Source: a virus (lineage: Duplodnaviria > Caudoviricetes). From it: a stretch of 64,000 nucleotides of DNA. This document shows, in pieces, positions 26,492-37,011 of the stretch; positions within the stretch are counted from its first letter, which is position 1, and each line of letters starts with the position of its first letter. The notes below the pieces were generated by a model, which saw nothing but the letters and a program-made list of their open reading frames with translations, ran no database searches and was not told the origin of the DNA. Both the position numbers and the translations under genes were made by a program. Location: the IMG/VR virus record IMGVR_UViG_3300046804_003398. One strand, 5' to 3'.

Positions 26492-27940
26492 ATGAAAATT
26501 ACTCTAATTATACCTCCTTCACCATTTCTACTTGATGAACGAGTGTTTCCAAGTCTTGGGTTGTTAAAAATAGCGTCAGTATTAAAATCCAAATACGATG
26601 TAAGTGTTTTGGACTTGAGTGGTATTAAAAATTACTTAGACGCATGTGAACATTATTTGCAAAATACAACCGACACAGTTTTCGGCATCACTGCTACCAC
26701 ACCTCAATTACCACATTCAATCAAGATCAAAGATTTAATCAAAAAATACAACAGTAATGCCAGAGTAATATTGGGTGGACCACACGTTACATTGATATAT
26801 TCCGCATTCAAGAGTAATCCAAATAAACGATCTACAGTAAACAAAGAAGCACTAGAACATCACTTTGATTGTTTGGTGAGTGGAGATGGAGAAAAGGCTA
26901 TATTTCCAGCTATCGAAACAGATACTAGATTTGTAGACGGTGATGATCCAAAGCAATCATTCTTTCTAACCAACGAAGATTATGAAAAGTTACCATATCC
27001 ATCCAGAGATTTGATCGACTTACATTCATATCATTATGCAATTGATAAAAAATCTGCAACAAGTATCATCGCACAACTTGGATGTCCATTCAATTGTGGT
27101 TTTTGTGGTGGTAGATTAAGCAATTCTCTACGCAGAATAAGAACTCGTAGTGGCAGTAACATTTTGAACGAAATCGAATATCTTCATAAAGAGTATGGAT
27201 ATGAAGGATTCATGTTCTATGACGACGAATTGAATGTAAACAAACAGTTTGAGAATCTATTGAACGACCTAATTGACCTACAAAAAAGATTGGGTGTGGA
27301 TTTCAGATTCAGAGGATTTGTCAAGAGTGAACTATTCACTGACTCACAAGCAAAGTTGATGTATGAAGCTGGGTTCAGATGGATATTGTGTGGATTTGAA
27401 GCTGGCAATGATCGTATTCTTGAAAATATTAACAAGAAGGCTACTTACGATGATAACGTGCGAGTCATTGAAAAGTGTAAGAAGTATGGATTGAAAATCA
27501 AGTCACTGATGAGTGTTGGACATCCCGGCGAAAGTGAACAAACCATCAACGACATATCCAACTTCTTGATCAAAAATGAGACGGATGATTTTGATTGTAG
27601 TGTGATTACTCCATACCCAGGAACTCCATACTATGACAAATCACTTCACATTGGAAATGATATTTACAAGTATACTGTGCCTAAGTCTGGTGACTCACTA
27701 TATTCCAAGAGTATCGATTACAGTGTGACCAGTAACTTTTATAAAGGTATTCCAGGCCAAAACTACGAAAGTTATGTTTACACCGATTACCTTAGTTCTA
27801 CAGAAATTGTCACATTACGTGATAAATTGGAAGCAGATGTTAGAAACAAATTGAAGATTCCATTCAATGCTTCAACTGCGGCAATATTGTATGAACACAG
27901 TATGGGACAGTCACTACCTAACTTTGTTTTGAAAAGTTAA
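26492..27940 (+). CDS. Cobalamin-binding radical SAM enzyme (class B-like), copy 1
   Basis: PSLGLLKIAS, GITATTPQ, ILGGPH, GDGE, LGCPFNCGFC, FYDDELN, GFEAGND, TPYPGT. Confidence 0.9.
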   Translation: MKITLIIPPSPFLLDERVFPSLGLLKIASVLKSKYDVSVLDLSGIKNYLDACEHYLQNTTDTVFGITATTPQLPHSIKIKDLIKKYNSNARVILGGPHVTLIYSAFKSNPNKRSTVNKEALEHHFDCLVSGDGEKAIFPAIETDTRFVDGDDPKQSFFLTNEDYEKLPYPSRDLIDLHSYHYAIDKKSATSIIAQLGCPFNCGFCGGRLSNSLRRIRTRSGSNILNEIEYLHKEYGYEGFMFYDDELNVNKQFENLLNDLIDLQKRLGVDFRFRGFVKSELFTDSQAKLMYEAGFRWILCGFEAGNDRILENINKKATYDDNVRVIEKCKKYGLKIKSLMSVGHPGESEQTINDISNFLIKNETDDFDCSVITPYPGTPYYDKSLHIGNDIYKYTVPKSGDSLYSKSIDYSVTSNFYKGIPGQNYESYVYTDYLSSTEIVTLRDKLEADVRNKLKIPFNASTAAILYEHSMGQSLPNFVLKS

Positions 27941-28446
27941 TTGTAGTAGTCACCACGTTTCAAAGCATACTTGCGTGCTTTTAGAATCGTCATAACTTCC
28001 ATGAGAGCTTCATCCTTTTCATCTGGATATACGCCCAACATATGGAGTTTGCTGTAATACTTTGGATCTTTCTTTAGATTCTTGACCACAGCAGATTTTG
28101 CCACTTGACGATCCTTCAATACCAACTTCTTCATTTCATAATCAATACCCATGATAACTTCGTCTGGAGTTACTTTGTATTTGATTTGTTCTACGTCTTT
28201 AACATAATCCCAAGGATCTTGACCATTGTAAGGTGCGAATGGAGCAACCTTTGAAATCGAATCTTTTGAACTAACAGTCAACTTGCTTTTGTCATCCAAC
28301 GTTCCAAACTTGCTTGGGTCTTGTGTGACATCTGGACTACTGAACGTGTCAAAATCAGATGCACCAGTTATAGCTCCTCCTTGACCATAAGGAAGCCCTT
28401 GCATCATTCTATCGCCAGTATCTCCCACTTCGTTGATTTTTGACAT
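27937..28446 (-). CDS. Hypothetical protein with a degenerate DUF5661-like module
   Basis: GIDYEMKK...VVKNLKKDPKYYSKL resembles GIQVEMEH...DHLTEDPEYYTKL; TATTTATA at 28452-28459. Confidence 0.6.
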   Translation of the reverse strand: MSKINEVGDTGDRMMQGLPYGQGGAITGASDFDTFSSPDVTQDPSKFGTLDDKSKLTVSSKDSISKVAPFAPYNGQDPWDYVKDVEQIKYKVTPDEVIMGIDYEMKKLVLKDRQVAKSAVVKNLKKDPKYYSKLHMLGVYPDEKDEALMEVMTILKARKYALKRGDYYN

Positions 28447-28493
28447 ATGTATATAAATATGAACAATTACACAAACTCACCATAAAAAGATGA

Positions 28494-29924
28494 TCAGAAG
28501 AAGTTTGGTGATTGACCCATACTATGTTCGTATAACAAACTGTTTGTATTCAATTCTTTTTTGATACCCAACTCACTCAACACCGTGGTTTCCAACCAGT
28601 CTCTATAATACACCAATTGTTCACGGCTCAAATAATCCGTATAAACAAATGAGGTATACTGTCCCGGCACACCCTTGTAATATTCATACTCTTTAAAATT
28701 GTCTACCTCCACAGAATACAGACTATCGCCATTTACAGTATATTTCCAAATATTGTTATCAGTCAACACCGCATCGTCATAGTATTTGCTACCTGGTATC
28801 ACGGTAATTATCGTTACATCAAATTCGTCTGGTTTAACTGACAATAACCAATCATAGGTTTCTTTAACGGTTTGTTCAGACTCGCCTGGATGTCCGATAC
28901 TCATAAGAGCTTTAACACCAATACCATACTTTCTAGCGATTTCTATACATTTGGTATTCTCGGACTTGGTGGCTTTCTTGTTGATATTTTTCAAGATAAC
29001 GTCACTACCAGATTCAAATCCTACCAACAACTTCTTGAATCCAGCCTTAGCCATCAATTCTGCTTGAATCTCATTGAACAATTCTGCTTTGACACAACCT
29101 CTAAACAAAAACTCTACATTGTTTTGTCGTTGATACTCAATTAATTTCTTCAACAACTCATACACAGACGTTCCAACGTTCAATTCATCATCATAAAACA
29201 TAAATGCTCTGACATCATATGTTTTGTATAGTTGATCAATTTCGTTGATGATATTGTCTACGGTTCTGTTTCTAATCTTTCTGAATGTTGGGCTGTTTCG
29301 TCCACTACAAAATCCACAGTTAAAAGGACAACCAAGTTGACCTATCAAACTCAATCCCCTTTTTCCGTTGATGGTAAACTTGTAACTATTAACGTCGATG
29401 AGATGTCGAGCTGGCAACGGAAGTTCATCAAACTTTTTATCGGTCAAAAACAAATCCGAAGTTACATTATCTGCATCAACGTATTTTTCACCTTCTATAG
29501 CCTTGAACACAGCCAATTCACCATCACCACAAACTACTCGGTCAAACTCTTTCATTATGTTGTTCATTGCTTTTGTAGCACGACCAACAAAGTTCTTGGA
29601 TTGTTCTTTTTTGTAAGCAGAGTTTATCAGTGTAACATGTGGACCACCAAGAATCACAGGTATGTTAAATTCTTTTATTATCTGATTGATCAACACTACA
29701 TTTGGCAATTGAGGTGTCGTAGCAGTAATACCCACCAGATCAACTTGATTGGTGCCTAGATATTCTTTTATTGTATGTAGATATCCTCGGTCTCCCGACA
29801 AGTCCATGACATTTACATCATGATATGGCTCCAAAGCGGCAGCAACCTTAAGGATGCCCAATGACATAAAAACCTTTTCATCCAACAAAAATGGTGATGG
29901 AGGAATTATTAGTGTTATTTTCAC
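28494..29924 (-). CDS. Cobalamin-binding radical SAM enzyme, copy 2
   Basis: MSLGILKVAA, GITATTPQ, ILGGPH, LGCPFNCGFC, FYDDELN, GFESGSD; GTG start. Confidence 0.9.
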   Translation of the reverse strand: MKITLIIPPSPFLLDEKVFMSLGILKVAAALEPYHDVNVMDLSGDRGYLHTIKEYLGTNQVDLVGITATTPQLPNVVLINQIIKEFNIPVILGGPHVTLINSAYKKEQSKNFVGRATKAMNNIMKEFDRVVCGDGELAVFKAIEGEKYVDADNVTSDLFLTDKKFDELPLPARHLIDVNSYKFTINGKRGLSLIGQLGCPFNCGFCSGRNSPTFRKIRNRTVDNIINEIDQLYKTYDVRAFMFYDDELNVGTSVYELLKKLIEYQRQNNVEFLFRGCVKAELFNEIQAELMAKAGFKKLLVGFESGSDVILKNINKKATKSENTKCIEIARKYGIGVKALMSIGHPGESEQTVKETYDWLLSVKPDEFDVTIITVIPGSKYYDDAVLTDNNIWKYTVNGDSLYSVEVDNFKEYEYYKGVPGQYTSFVYTDYLSREQLVYYRDWLETTVLSELGIKKELNTNSLLYEHSMGQSPNFF

Positions 29925-31291
29925 TTGAATTTTTTACTAAAATATGTGTGCCACTTCATCAAATCATCTTGAGACAACGCATCAGTGTATACTGTAGGAT
30001 TGTAGTGTTGACCTGGCGCAGCATTGTGAAAATGAACTTCTTCAGTCCAATCAATACCTATGTCATACAACTTGTCACCGTTCTCTGGAACTGTATACAC
30101 CCACACTCCTTTGTCGTTCTGAATTGCGTTATCAAAGTATACTGATGATGGCAAACATTCAATTATTGTAAAGTTTACGTCGCTCAATTTTACTTGATCC
30201 AACCATGCTTCGGTCTCTGCTAATGTTTCTGGTGTTTCACCTGGGTGACCCAAAGACATGATTGACTTAGAATACATACCAAACTCATGCACCCATTCAA
30301 CAACCTTGGTGTTAATTTCTTTGGTTGCCTTTTTATTCATGTTCTTCAATATTCGTTCAGAACCAGATTCAGCACCAGTAGCAATCACTTTGAATCCAGT
30401 ATCAGACATTGCTTTCATTTGTTCTCTGGTGCATAAGTTTGCTTTTACAAATGCTCTGAACTTAAAGGCTACACCCAACTCCATTTGAACGTCTTTGAGT
30501 TGATCCAACAACGTATTCAAGTTTGGATCAACGTTTAGTTCGTCGTCATAAAAAGTAAAATAAGTGTAACCATATGTTTTGTGTAGATGTTTGATTTCTT
30601 CTACGATCTTGAAGTTGGAGGTTCTACGTAGAGTTCTTCCATATTTGTCCATACGACTAGCACAGAATCTACATGAATATGGACATCCACGTTGAGACAT
30701 GATATTGATTGCATTATTCTCTTTGATCGTAACCATACCCAAATTATATGAATAACTGTCCACATCAATCAAATGTCGTGCGGGAAATGGAATAGTGTCC
30801 AAATAGTCATCTTCAACATAATATGGCGATAGTTTATGAGTAGCATCAATCAACTTTGGACTGTCTGGTTCAGCGGCTTTAAGTATTGCTTTTTCAGCAT
30901 CACCCATGACCAACACATCGTATGTATCATTCAAGTCACGTATGAGTTTTTCACATCTAACCGATTGTCTTCTTGATGCTTGAAATGCGTGGGTTACATG
31001 TGGTCCTCCGCCAATAACTCGGATCTTGGGATATTCTTTTCTGATTTCGTGAACCAGTCTACGACCCAATGGAACTTGACTACTTGTAAGACCAATACCA
31101 ACAACATCTGTTTTTAACTCAGACAATTGATCCAATGCTTTTGTTATATAATCTTTATCACCGGCAAGATCTAGTATCTTACAGTCTCTACCAGCATGTT
31201 CAATTGAAGCACCCAGATACAACAGACCAAGAGGCATAAGTGCTTTTTCATCGGTCAAGAATGGTGCTGGTAGGTTTACTAGAGGTATCAT
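29921..31291 (-). CDS. Cobalamin-binding radical SAM enzyme, copy 3
   Basis: MPLGLLYLGA, IGGGPH, RGCPYSCRFC, FYDDELN, GAESGSE, LGHPGET. Confidence 0.9.
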   Translation of the reverse strand: MIPLVNLPAPFLTDEKALMPLGLLYLGASIEHAGRDCKILDLAGDKDYITKALDQLSELKTDVVGIGLTSSQVPLGRRLVHEIRKEYPKIRVIGGGPHVTHAFQASRRQSVRCEKLIRDLNDTYDVLVMGDAEKAILKAAEPDSPKLIDATHKLSPYYVEDDYLDTIPFPARHLIDVDSYSYNLGMVTIKENNAINIMSQRGCPYSCRFCASRMDKYGRTLRRTSNFKIVEEIKHLHKTYGYTYFTFYDDELNVDPNLNTLLDQLKDVQMELGVAFKFRAFVKANLCTREQMKAMSDTGFKVIATGAESGSERILKNMNKKATKEINTKVVEWVHEFGMYSKSIMSLGHPGETPETLAETEAWLDQVKLSDVNFTIIECLPSSVYFDNAIQNDKGVWVYTVPENGDKLYDIGIDWTEEVHFHNAAPGQHYNPTVYTDALSQDDLMKWHTYFSKKFK

Positions 31292-31338
31292 ATGTTTACG
31301 ACCACAAATTATCTTTGTTAATAATATATATCTAACGT

Positions 31339-32031
31339 ATGGATGCTATATATCAATGTTATAAAGATAATGATAAGGTAGAATTTGTTCTTGACAATTT
31401 CTTTAAGAATGGCGGCGACAAAGTTTATCTATGTTCAGACCAAGGTGAGGATTTTGGATATCTTTGGGAACGTTATCCAGACCGAGTAATTTATAAAAGA
31501 AATGATGAAAAGAGTTGGTCTGGCAAAGACGGTTTTGAGTCAAAATCAAAAGCACTGTATTGGTTGACATGGTTCACAGAAGCCTGTAGAAGACTAACAT
31601 CAGATCATTTTATACTATTGGAAGACGACATTGAGTTGCGGGGTGACATAAATACTATACCAATTCAGTATGAAATCATGGGTCCACCAAAAAATATACA
31701 CAACACATTTGGTCAGTCCATACAAGATTACATGTATGACATAGATCAACAAAACATACCCATGACGTTTTATGCAGGTTGTGGTGGAACAATCATGAAC
31801 AGAAAAGTGATTGCCAAAGGAGAATTTGTATATATTCTCAACAACCACTATGAATGGATGACCGCAATTGAACAAAAAGCAAAATATTCAGATGCAATTC
31901 TAACAATATTGTTTAGATTGTCGGGTTATCAATCTGGAGAAAATGTTGAATACACTGAACCATTTGTAAACGAAAATTGGGCAACTTCCTCTCACAAAAT
32001 ACTTCATCATAAAAAGTATTACAACGGTTAG
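31339..32031 (+). CDS. GT-A fold glycosyltransferase-like protein
   Basis: HFILLEDDIEL, GCGGTI, YSDAILT. Confidence 0.55.
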   Translation: MDAIYQCYKDNDKVEFVLDNFFKNGGDKVYLCSDQGEDFGYLWERYPDRVIYKRNDEKSWSGKDGFESKSKALYWLTWFTEACRRLTSDHFILLEDDIELRGDINTIPIQYEIMGPPKNIHNTFGQSIQDYMYDIDQQNIPMTFYAGCGGTIMNRKVIAKGEFVYILNNHYEWMTAIEQKAKYSDAILTILFRLSGYQSGENVEYTEPFVNENWATSSHKILHHKKYYNG

Positions 32032-32702
32032 GACAGTGAAAAGTTGTTTTGATGAACAATCTTTGGTTTTACATCAGGTCTACTGTGCCATTTTTCTGGA
32101 TCTGGATACGCATAACCAGATGACAACAATTTAACGGGTTTGTTCAAGAGAAATTTGTTCATATAAGATTCATCAAACCACTTAGCAATGTATCGAATCT
32201 TAAGATCTTGTTTTATCATCTCGTTAATCTCAGTCGCCATCTCCAACACACTGTTTGTATATCCACCAAAGAAACAAGCTTGTAGATAATGGTTATTGCC
32301 ACTGTCCAACACATACGCCGTCGATGATGGGTTGGTATCATACTGTTCACTATTGTATGATTGCCATGGATGTTTTGTTACAACGATTGGAGTATCTGTG
32401 GTTGGAAATACTTCCTCGTCTATATCATCAACAACAATACAATCGCCATCGATAAAGTATAACAAATCAAAATTTCTAAGTATGTGTTGTTTTTGAACCA
32501 GTAGATTAAACTTCATTAATGTTATCAATGGAGATGGTAAATGTGATGTATGAAACACCTCACTGTGTGACGATAAAGCATCAGTGTATACAAAATTGTG
32601 AACAGAGTATTTTGTTAAAAAATGTGTATCTATTGATTTACGTAATGCCGGGTATTTGTCCCAATAAGCATCTGTGGAAATTGTGCATATAGCAATTTTC
32701 AT
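32028..32702 (-). CDS. GT6-family (ABO/alpha-1,3-Gal-T-like) glycosyltransferase
   Basis: AICTISTDAY, FVYTD, LMKFNLL, YFIDGD, KHPW, YLQACFFGG, WFDESYMNKF. Confidence 0.85.
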   Translation of the reverse strand: MKIAICTISTDAYWDKYPALRKSIDTHFLTKYSVHNFVYTDALSSHSEVFHTSHLPSPLITLMKFNLLVQKQHILRNFDLLYFIDGDCIVVDDIDEEVFPTTDTPIVVTKHPWQSYNSEQYDTNPSSTAYVLDSGNNHYLQACFFGGYTNSVLEMATEINEMIKQDLKIRYIAKWFDESYMNKFLLNKPVKLLSSGYAYPDPEKWHSRPDVKPKIVHQNNFSLS

Positions 32703-32772
32703 ATTATAATTTTGATTATCAATTTTTGATTGCCGACTTATTGATACATATATACTGGTATTTCACAATAAC

Positions 32773-33711
32773 ATGAAAGTCAAACTTCTTACATATAATA
32801 ATAGAGCAGGCATCGTGATTGATGCGATGTTGTTACAAAACTTGATTCAAAAAAACGTAGCAGAAAATACCGACATTTTGTTCATAGAACATTTGGGTAA
32901 AAATTGGGCGGTTCCAAATTATGTTGCTGATGAAACAGGTGATGTTGGTATTTGGATTCAGAACCCAAGATATGATTATCTTCATAATTTCAAGAAAAAC
33001 ATTTGGTTTGTGAATGAAGAGTGGGCTGGCGCTGATGACTTGAAGAAGATTGATCAATTTGACTATATCGTTGTAAAGACTGAATACGCAAGGAAGTTGT
33101 TGGAACCCATAAGACCAGACGTTGTGTGTTTGCCATTAATATCTTATGATTTTTACGACCCATCTATTGTAAAGGAACAAAAGTTTCTTCACTTCAACGG
33201 TAGAGCAATTCAAAAGAACACTGAAGCTATAATGCGTCAAAAGATTCCCATGACTGTTGTGGACACTACAAAACGATTTGTTGCGCCTGGGAACGTAGAC
33301 TACATCACACAATACATGATTAAACGTGATATTAAGAAGATGTTGAACCGTCACTCTGTTCACATATGTCCAAGTTTATACGAAAGTTGGGGACACTATT
33401 TGTATGAAGGATTGTCAACTGGCGCCGAAATCATCTGTAGTGACATACCATCGTTTTCAGAACATTTGGACCCATCACTTGTAAGAATAATCCCTACCGT
33501 CGAAAAGATAGATTTGGACTATCATTATTGTAAAGACAACCTTGAGGGAACATTTCCTCTACGTAAAGCATTCTTTCTTGATGAAGAGAAACTTACAAAC
33601 GCTCTTGAAAACTTTGAACCAATTGGTAGAGAACAAGAACGTCGAGATATGTTCCATGATATTATGTTGAAGAATTCCAATCGACTGATAGACTTTTTTA
33701 AGAACATATGA
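32773..33711 (+). CDS. GT-B (GT4-like) glycosyltransferase
   Basis: FLHFNGRAIQKNT, HICPSLYESWGHYLYEGLSTGAEIICSD. Confidence 0.75.
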   Translation: MKVKLLTYNNRAGIVIDAMLLQNLIQKNVAENTDILFIEHLGKNWAVPNYVADETGDVGIWIQNPRYDYLHNFKKNIWFVNEEWAGADDLKKIDQFDYIVVKTEYARKLLEPIRPDVVCLPLISYDFYDPSIVKEQKFLHFNGRAIQKNTEAIMRQKIPMTVVDTTKRFVAPGNVDYITQYMIKRDIKKMLNRHSVHICPSLYESWGHYLYEGLSTGAEIICSDIPSFSEHLDPSLVRIIPTVEKIDLDYHYCKDNLEGTFPLRKAFFLDEEKLTNALENFEPIGREQERRDMFHDIMLKNSNRLIDFFKNI

Positions 33712-34415
33712 AGTTGTGTTACATGTATGATGATGGTTTTTTGCCATTGAGAACTCATTTTCTTGACAATCTAAAAGATACCTTTGAATTGATTGAAAAG
33801 AAGTTAGATACTCCAAAGTTTGAAACAGACTTTCATCAACATAGATTGTTTGGTGGTGGTATTCAAGTTTGGAAAGACAAAGTAAAGTTCTTGTTGGAAA
33901 CCATAGACATATGTGACCCAAACGAATACTTTGTATATTCCGATGTTGATGTGGTATTTTTCAAACCAATCATACCCATATTGAATGAAGTTCTTAACAA
34001 TAAAGATGTGGTGTTCATTAGAGAAATACCACATGGATCTTTGCCACAACAAGGTGGTGATGTAGCAGGTCATTGCAACTTTGGTTTTTGTGTGATCAAG
34101 GCTTGTGATAAATCCAAAAGGTTCTTTCAAGATGTGTTACACATGATTGAGAACACAAAGAACTTCGTAGACTCACATGATCATGCTTTGTGGCCTGATG
34201 GTCTTATGGATCAAACGTGCGTCAACAGAATATTGTTCTCAAATCCAGACTATGATCTTGATTGGGGAACTTTACCTCTTACATTTACAACAACAGCATA
34301 TGAGACATACAATATGATTAACAAAGATACTGTCGCATATCACGCAACATGTGTGATTGAGGTGAACAAAAAGATTGAACTGTTGAACTTGTTTAAACAA
34401 AAGGTGACGGAATGA
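33708..34415 (+). CDS. Nucleotide-diphospho-sugar transferase (GT77-like), copy 1
   Basis: WKDKVKFLL, FVYSDVDVVFF, CNFGFCVIK, DQTCVN, YHATC. Confidence 0.75.
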   Translation: MKLCYMYDDGFLPLRTHFLDNLKDTFELIEKKLDTPKFETDFHQHRLFGGGIQVWKDKVKFLLETIDICDPNEYFVYSDVDVVFFKPIIPILNEVLNNKDVVFIREIPHGSLPQQGGDVAGHCNFGFCVIKACDKSKRFFQDVLHMIENTKNFVDSHDHALWPDGLMDQTCVNRILFSNPDYDLDWGTLPLTFTTTAYETYNMINKDTVAYHATCVIEVNKKIELLNLFKQKVTE

Positions 34416-35131
34416 ATTTATACTACATGTCAGATCCACTATTTGAGGATCTAAAACAAAACTTCATCAACAGTATAAAAGACAAAGAAAACTTCAATCT
34501 GATTGAAATACCAATTGATACTCCTCAATTTGATGAAGAATGTCCAGAACATTGTAAGTTTGGTGGCGGATTCAATACTTGGCAATCAAAGTTGTCTGGG
34601 ATGATTAATGGTATAAATCAAACCAAAGAAGGTGAATATTTTGTATTTTCAGATGTAGACGTAGTTGTGTATAGACCACTACTATCCGCAATCAATCAAG
34701 TGATCAAAGATCAAGATGTAGTATTTCTACGAGAGTTTTTTGACGATCAAGAAAAACAACGATTGAAAGAATATTACGACAAAACACTTGATGGAAATTA
34801 TGACATGCAGTTAGGAAACATCAATATTGGTTTTAACTTGATAAGATCGTGTGATAAAACACATCGATTCTTTTCAGACATATTAAAGATGATCGTGGAT
34901 ACAGGTTTGTTGGAACAAAGTTTGATCAACAAAACTTTATATTCTCCAAACGATTATGATTTGAAATGGGATTTGTTTCCACCTGAATTCTTTTCAACAT
35001 CAGTTGGATTACATCACATACACAATGAAATAAAAGATGTGGTGTTATATCACGCAAACTGTGCGGTCAAAAAACAAACAAAGCTAGAATACATGTATCA
35101 CATTGATAATGTAATCAACCGACGTTTGTAA
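34412..35131 (+). CDS. Nucleotide-diphospho-sugar transferase (GT77-like), copy 2
   Basis: Tandem paralog: WQSKL, FVFSDVDVVVY, INIGFNLIR, EQSLIN, YHANC. Confidence 0.75.
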   Translation: MNLYYMSDPLFEDLKQNFINSIKDKENFNLIEIPIDTPQFDEECPEHCKFGGGFNTWQSKLSGMINGINQTKEGEYFVFSDVDVVVYRPLLSAINQVIKDQDVVFLREFFDDQEKQRLKEYYDKTLDGNYDMQLGNINIGFNLIRSCDKTHRFFSDILKMIVDTGLLEQSLINKTLYSPNDYDLKWDLFPPEFFSTSVGLHHIHNEIKDVVLYHANCAVKKQTKLEYMYHIDNVINRRL

Positions 35132-36209
35132 ATCGGTGCATAGCTTGTCCGATTGCCTGGTGCATATCAAAATACTGATAACATGCCAATCGACCACCCA
35201 GTATCATATTTGGAAAATGTTCTGCACATTCATTCTTATAATGTGTGTATAGACTGTGGTTTTTTTCGTCATTGATTGGGTAATATTTTTCCAACGATCT
35301 ATTCCATGTCTGAGGATACTCACGGGTGATTATAGTGGTCTTCGATTGTGTTTGTTCAAAGTGTTTATGTTCTACTATACGAGTGTATGGAACACTTTGT
35401 TCAGTATAGTTCATTATGGCATTACCTTGATAATCAGAATCAAATACTTCTGATATGTCGAATCTAAGACTTCTGTATTCCAACTCACCCTTGTTATATC
35501 CAAACAGTTCATCCAACGCACCAGTGTATACCACTTTGTTTGCTTTACTAGACCAATACTCAAGGTCTTTTAGAAAGTCTACACCAGTTTCAATTGGTAT
35601 GTCTTTCATCATGTTTTTTATCATCTGAGTATATCCTCCAATCGGAATACCTTGATATGTGTCGTTGTAATAGTTATCGTCATACGTCAGTCTGATTGGC
35701 AAACGTTTGATGATAAACGATGGCAATTCTTTTGGATCTCTACCCCATTGTTTTGTGGTGTATCCTTTTATAAACGTATGATACAAGTCTTCACCCACTT
35801 GACTCAGAATCCACTCTTCCAAGTTCTGTGGGTTCTCAATTTTAACTCGCACAGATTCTAGTTTACTTTTTGCTTCACTTGGTGTTTGACATCCCCACAG
35901 TTGGTAAAGAGTAAACATATTAATTGGAAACGAATATATGTTATTCTTGTATTTCACCTTTGGTCTGTTGACAAAGTTGTTGAACGTTGCAAACTTGTTG
36001 ACGTAATCCCATATTTCTTTATTTGATGTATGAAATATGTGCGGACCATACACATGAACGTTGATGTTCTGTATTCTGTCGGTGTAACAATTACCAGCAA
36101 CGTGTGGTCTTTTTTCCAAGATCAAACACGATTTACCGGCTTCTTTTGCGAGATTGGCAAACGTGGCACCAAACAAACCACTGCCAACAATCAAATAATC
36201 ATACTTCAT
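35115..36209 (-). CDS. glf: UDP-galactopyranose mutase
   Basis: YDYLIVGSGLFGA, HVYGPHIFHT, GYTTKQWG, YQGIPIGGYT, YTRIVEHKHF, YYPIND, GRLACYQYFDMHQAI. Confidence 0.95.
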   Translation of the reverse strand: MKYDYLIVGSGLFGATFANLAKEAGKSCLILEKRPHVAGNCYTDRIQNINVHVYGPHIFHTSNKEIWDYVNKFATFNNFVNRPKVKYKNNIYSFPINMFTLYQLWGCQTPSEAKSKLESVRVKIENPQNLEEWILSQVGEDLYHTFIKGYTTKQWGRDPKELPSFIIKRLPIRLTYDDNYYNDTYQGIPIGGYTQMIKNMMKDIPIETGVDFLKDLEYWSSKANKVVYTGALDELFGYNKGELEYRSLRFDISEVFDSDYQGNAIMNYTEQSVPYTRIVEHKHFEQTQSKTTIITREYPQTWNRSLEKYYPINDEKNHSLYTHYKNECAEHFPNMILGGRLACYQYFDMHQAIGQAMHRFTNVG

Positions 36210-36951
36210 GGAATTTATATTCTAGTCTATCTGAGAAAGTGGGAGGCATGTAGTTTGTAAATTCATGACTCTTGTAAATTTCTTCGTTGTATGATGCTCC
36301 CAACACACCAATATGATTTAACCTAGAAAGTCTTGGAGTCACCGTTTTAATTTTATCCAAATAATGAGGAAGTAGATGTTCAGAAAAACACCATACATGT
36401 GGCCATTTCTTCATACAATCAAACCACATTTTTCTGGTGCAAAGATACCCCCATGTAGCAAAGTAAACCATGCCTGTTCTAACCGGATGAAAGTTGTTTT
36501 TGATTTCCAACACATCTTTACCATCGTCACTTTGTGGAGGATCAACCAAGTTGTCTTTGTTCAAGTAAGTCAAAATCGTATTGTTATCATAATACTGTGA
36601 GTTGACATAGAACTTGGTAATGTCATACATGTCATTAGACATCACACAATCATCCTCGGTGTAAATCACATGTTCCAAGTTTAGTATCTCAAAACTGTAG
36701 TAGAGTGTCATGTATTGGTTCAACAACAGTCCATATTTGTATGGATTAACCATTATGCGTATGTTTGGATACAATCTCAACTTTGTGAGTAGATCAAAAT
36801 TCATTGCGTCTGGTTCAACCAAAAACACGAAATTCATTTTGTCAAAATCACGTTGTGCCAAACAAGAATTTATGTATGTTTGAAAATATTCAAGACGATG
36901 TGGCTTTCCTAAATAAACTGGGGCAACTATGGTAACATCATTCATACTCAT
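36199..36951 (-). CDS. GT-A fold glycosyltransferase-like protein
   Basis: FVFLVEP, VIYTEDDCV, TWGY, PRLSRLNHIG. Confidence 0.6.
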   Translation of the reverse strand: MSMNDVTIVAPVYLGKPHRLEYFQTYINSCLAQRDFDKMNFVFLVEPDAMNFDLLTKLRLYPNIRIMVNPYKYGLLLNQYMTLYYSFEILNLEHVIYTEDDCVMSNDMYDITKFYVNSQYYDNNTILTYLNKDNLVDPPQSDDGKDVLEIKNNFHPVRTGMVYFATWGYLCTRKMWFDCMKKWPHVWCFSEHLLPHYLDKIKTVTPRLSRLNHIGVLGASYNEEIYKSHEFTNYMPPTFSDRLEYKFHEV

Positions 36952-37011
36952 ATATATCTACGTCGATTATTATACATTGCGCAATACAAGACAAAACTCT
37001 ATATATAATTA

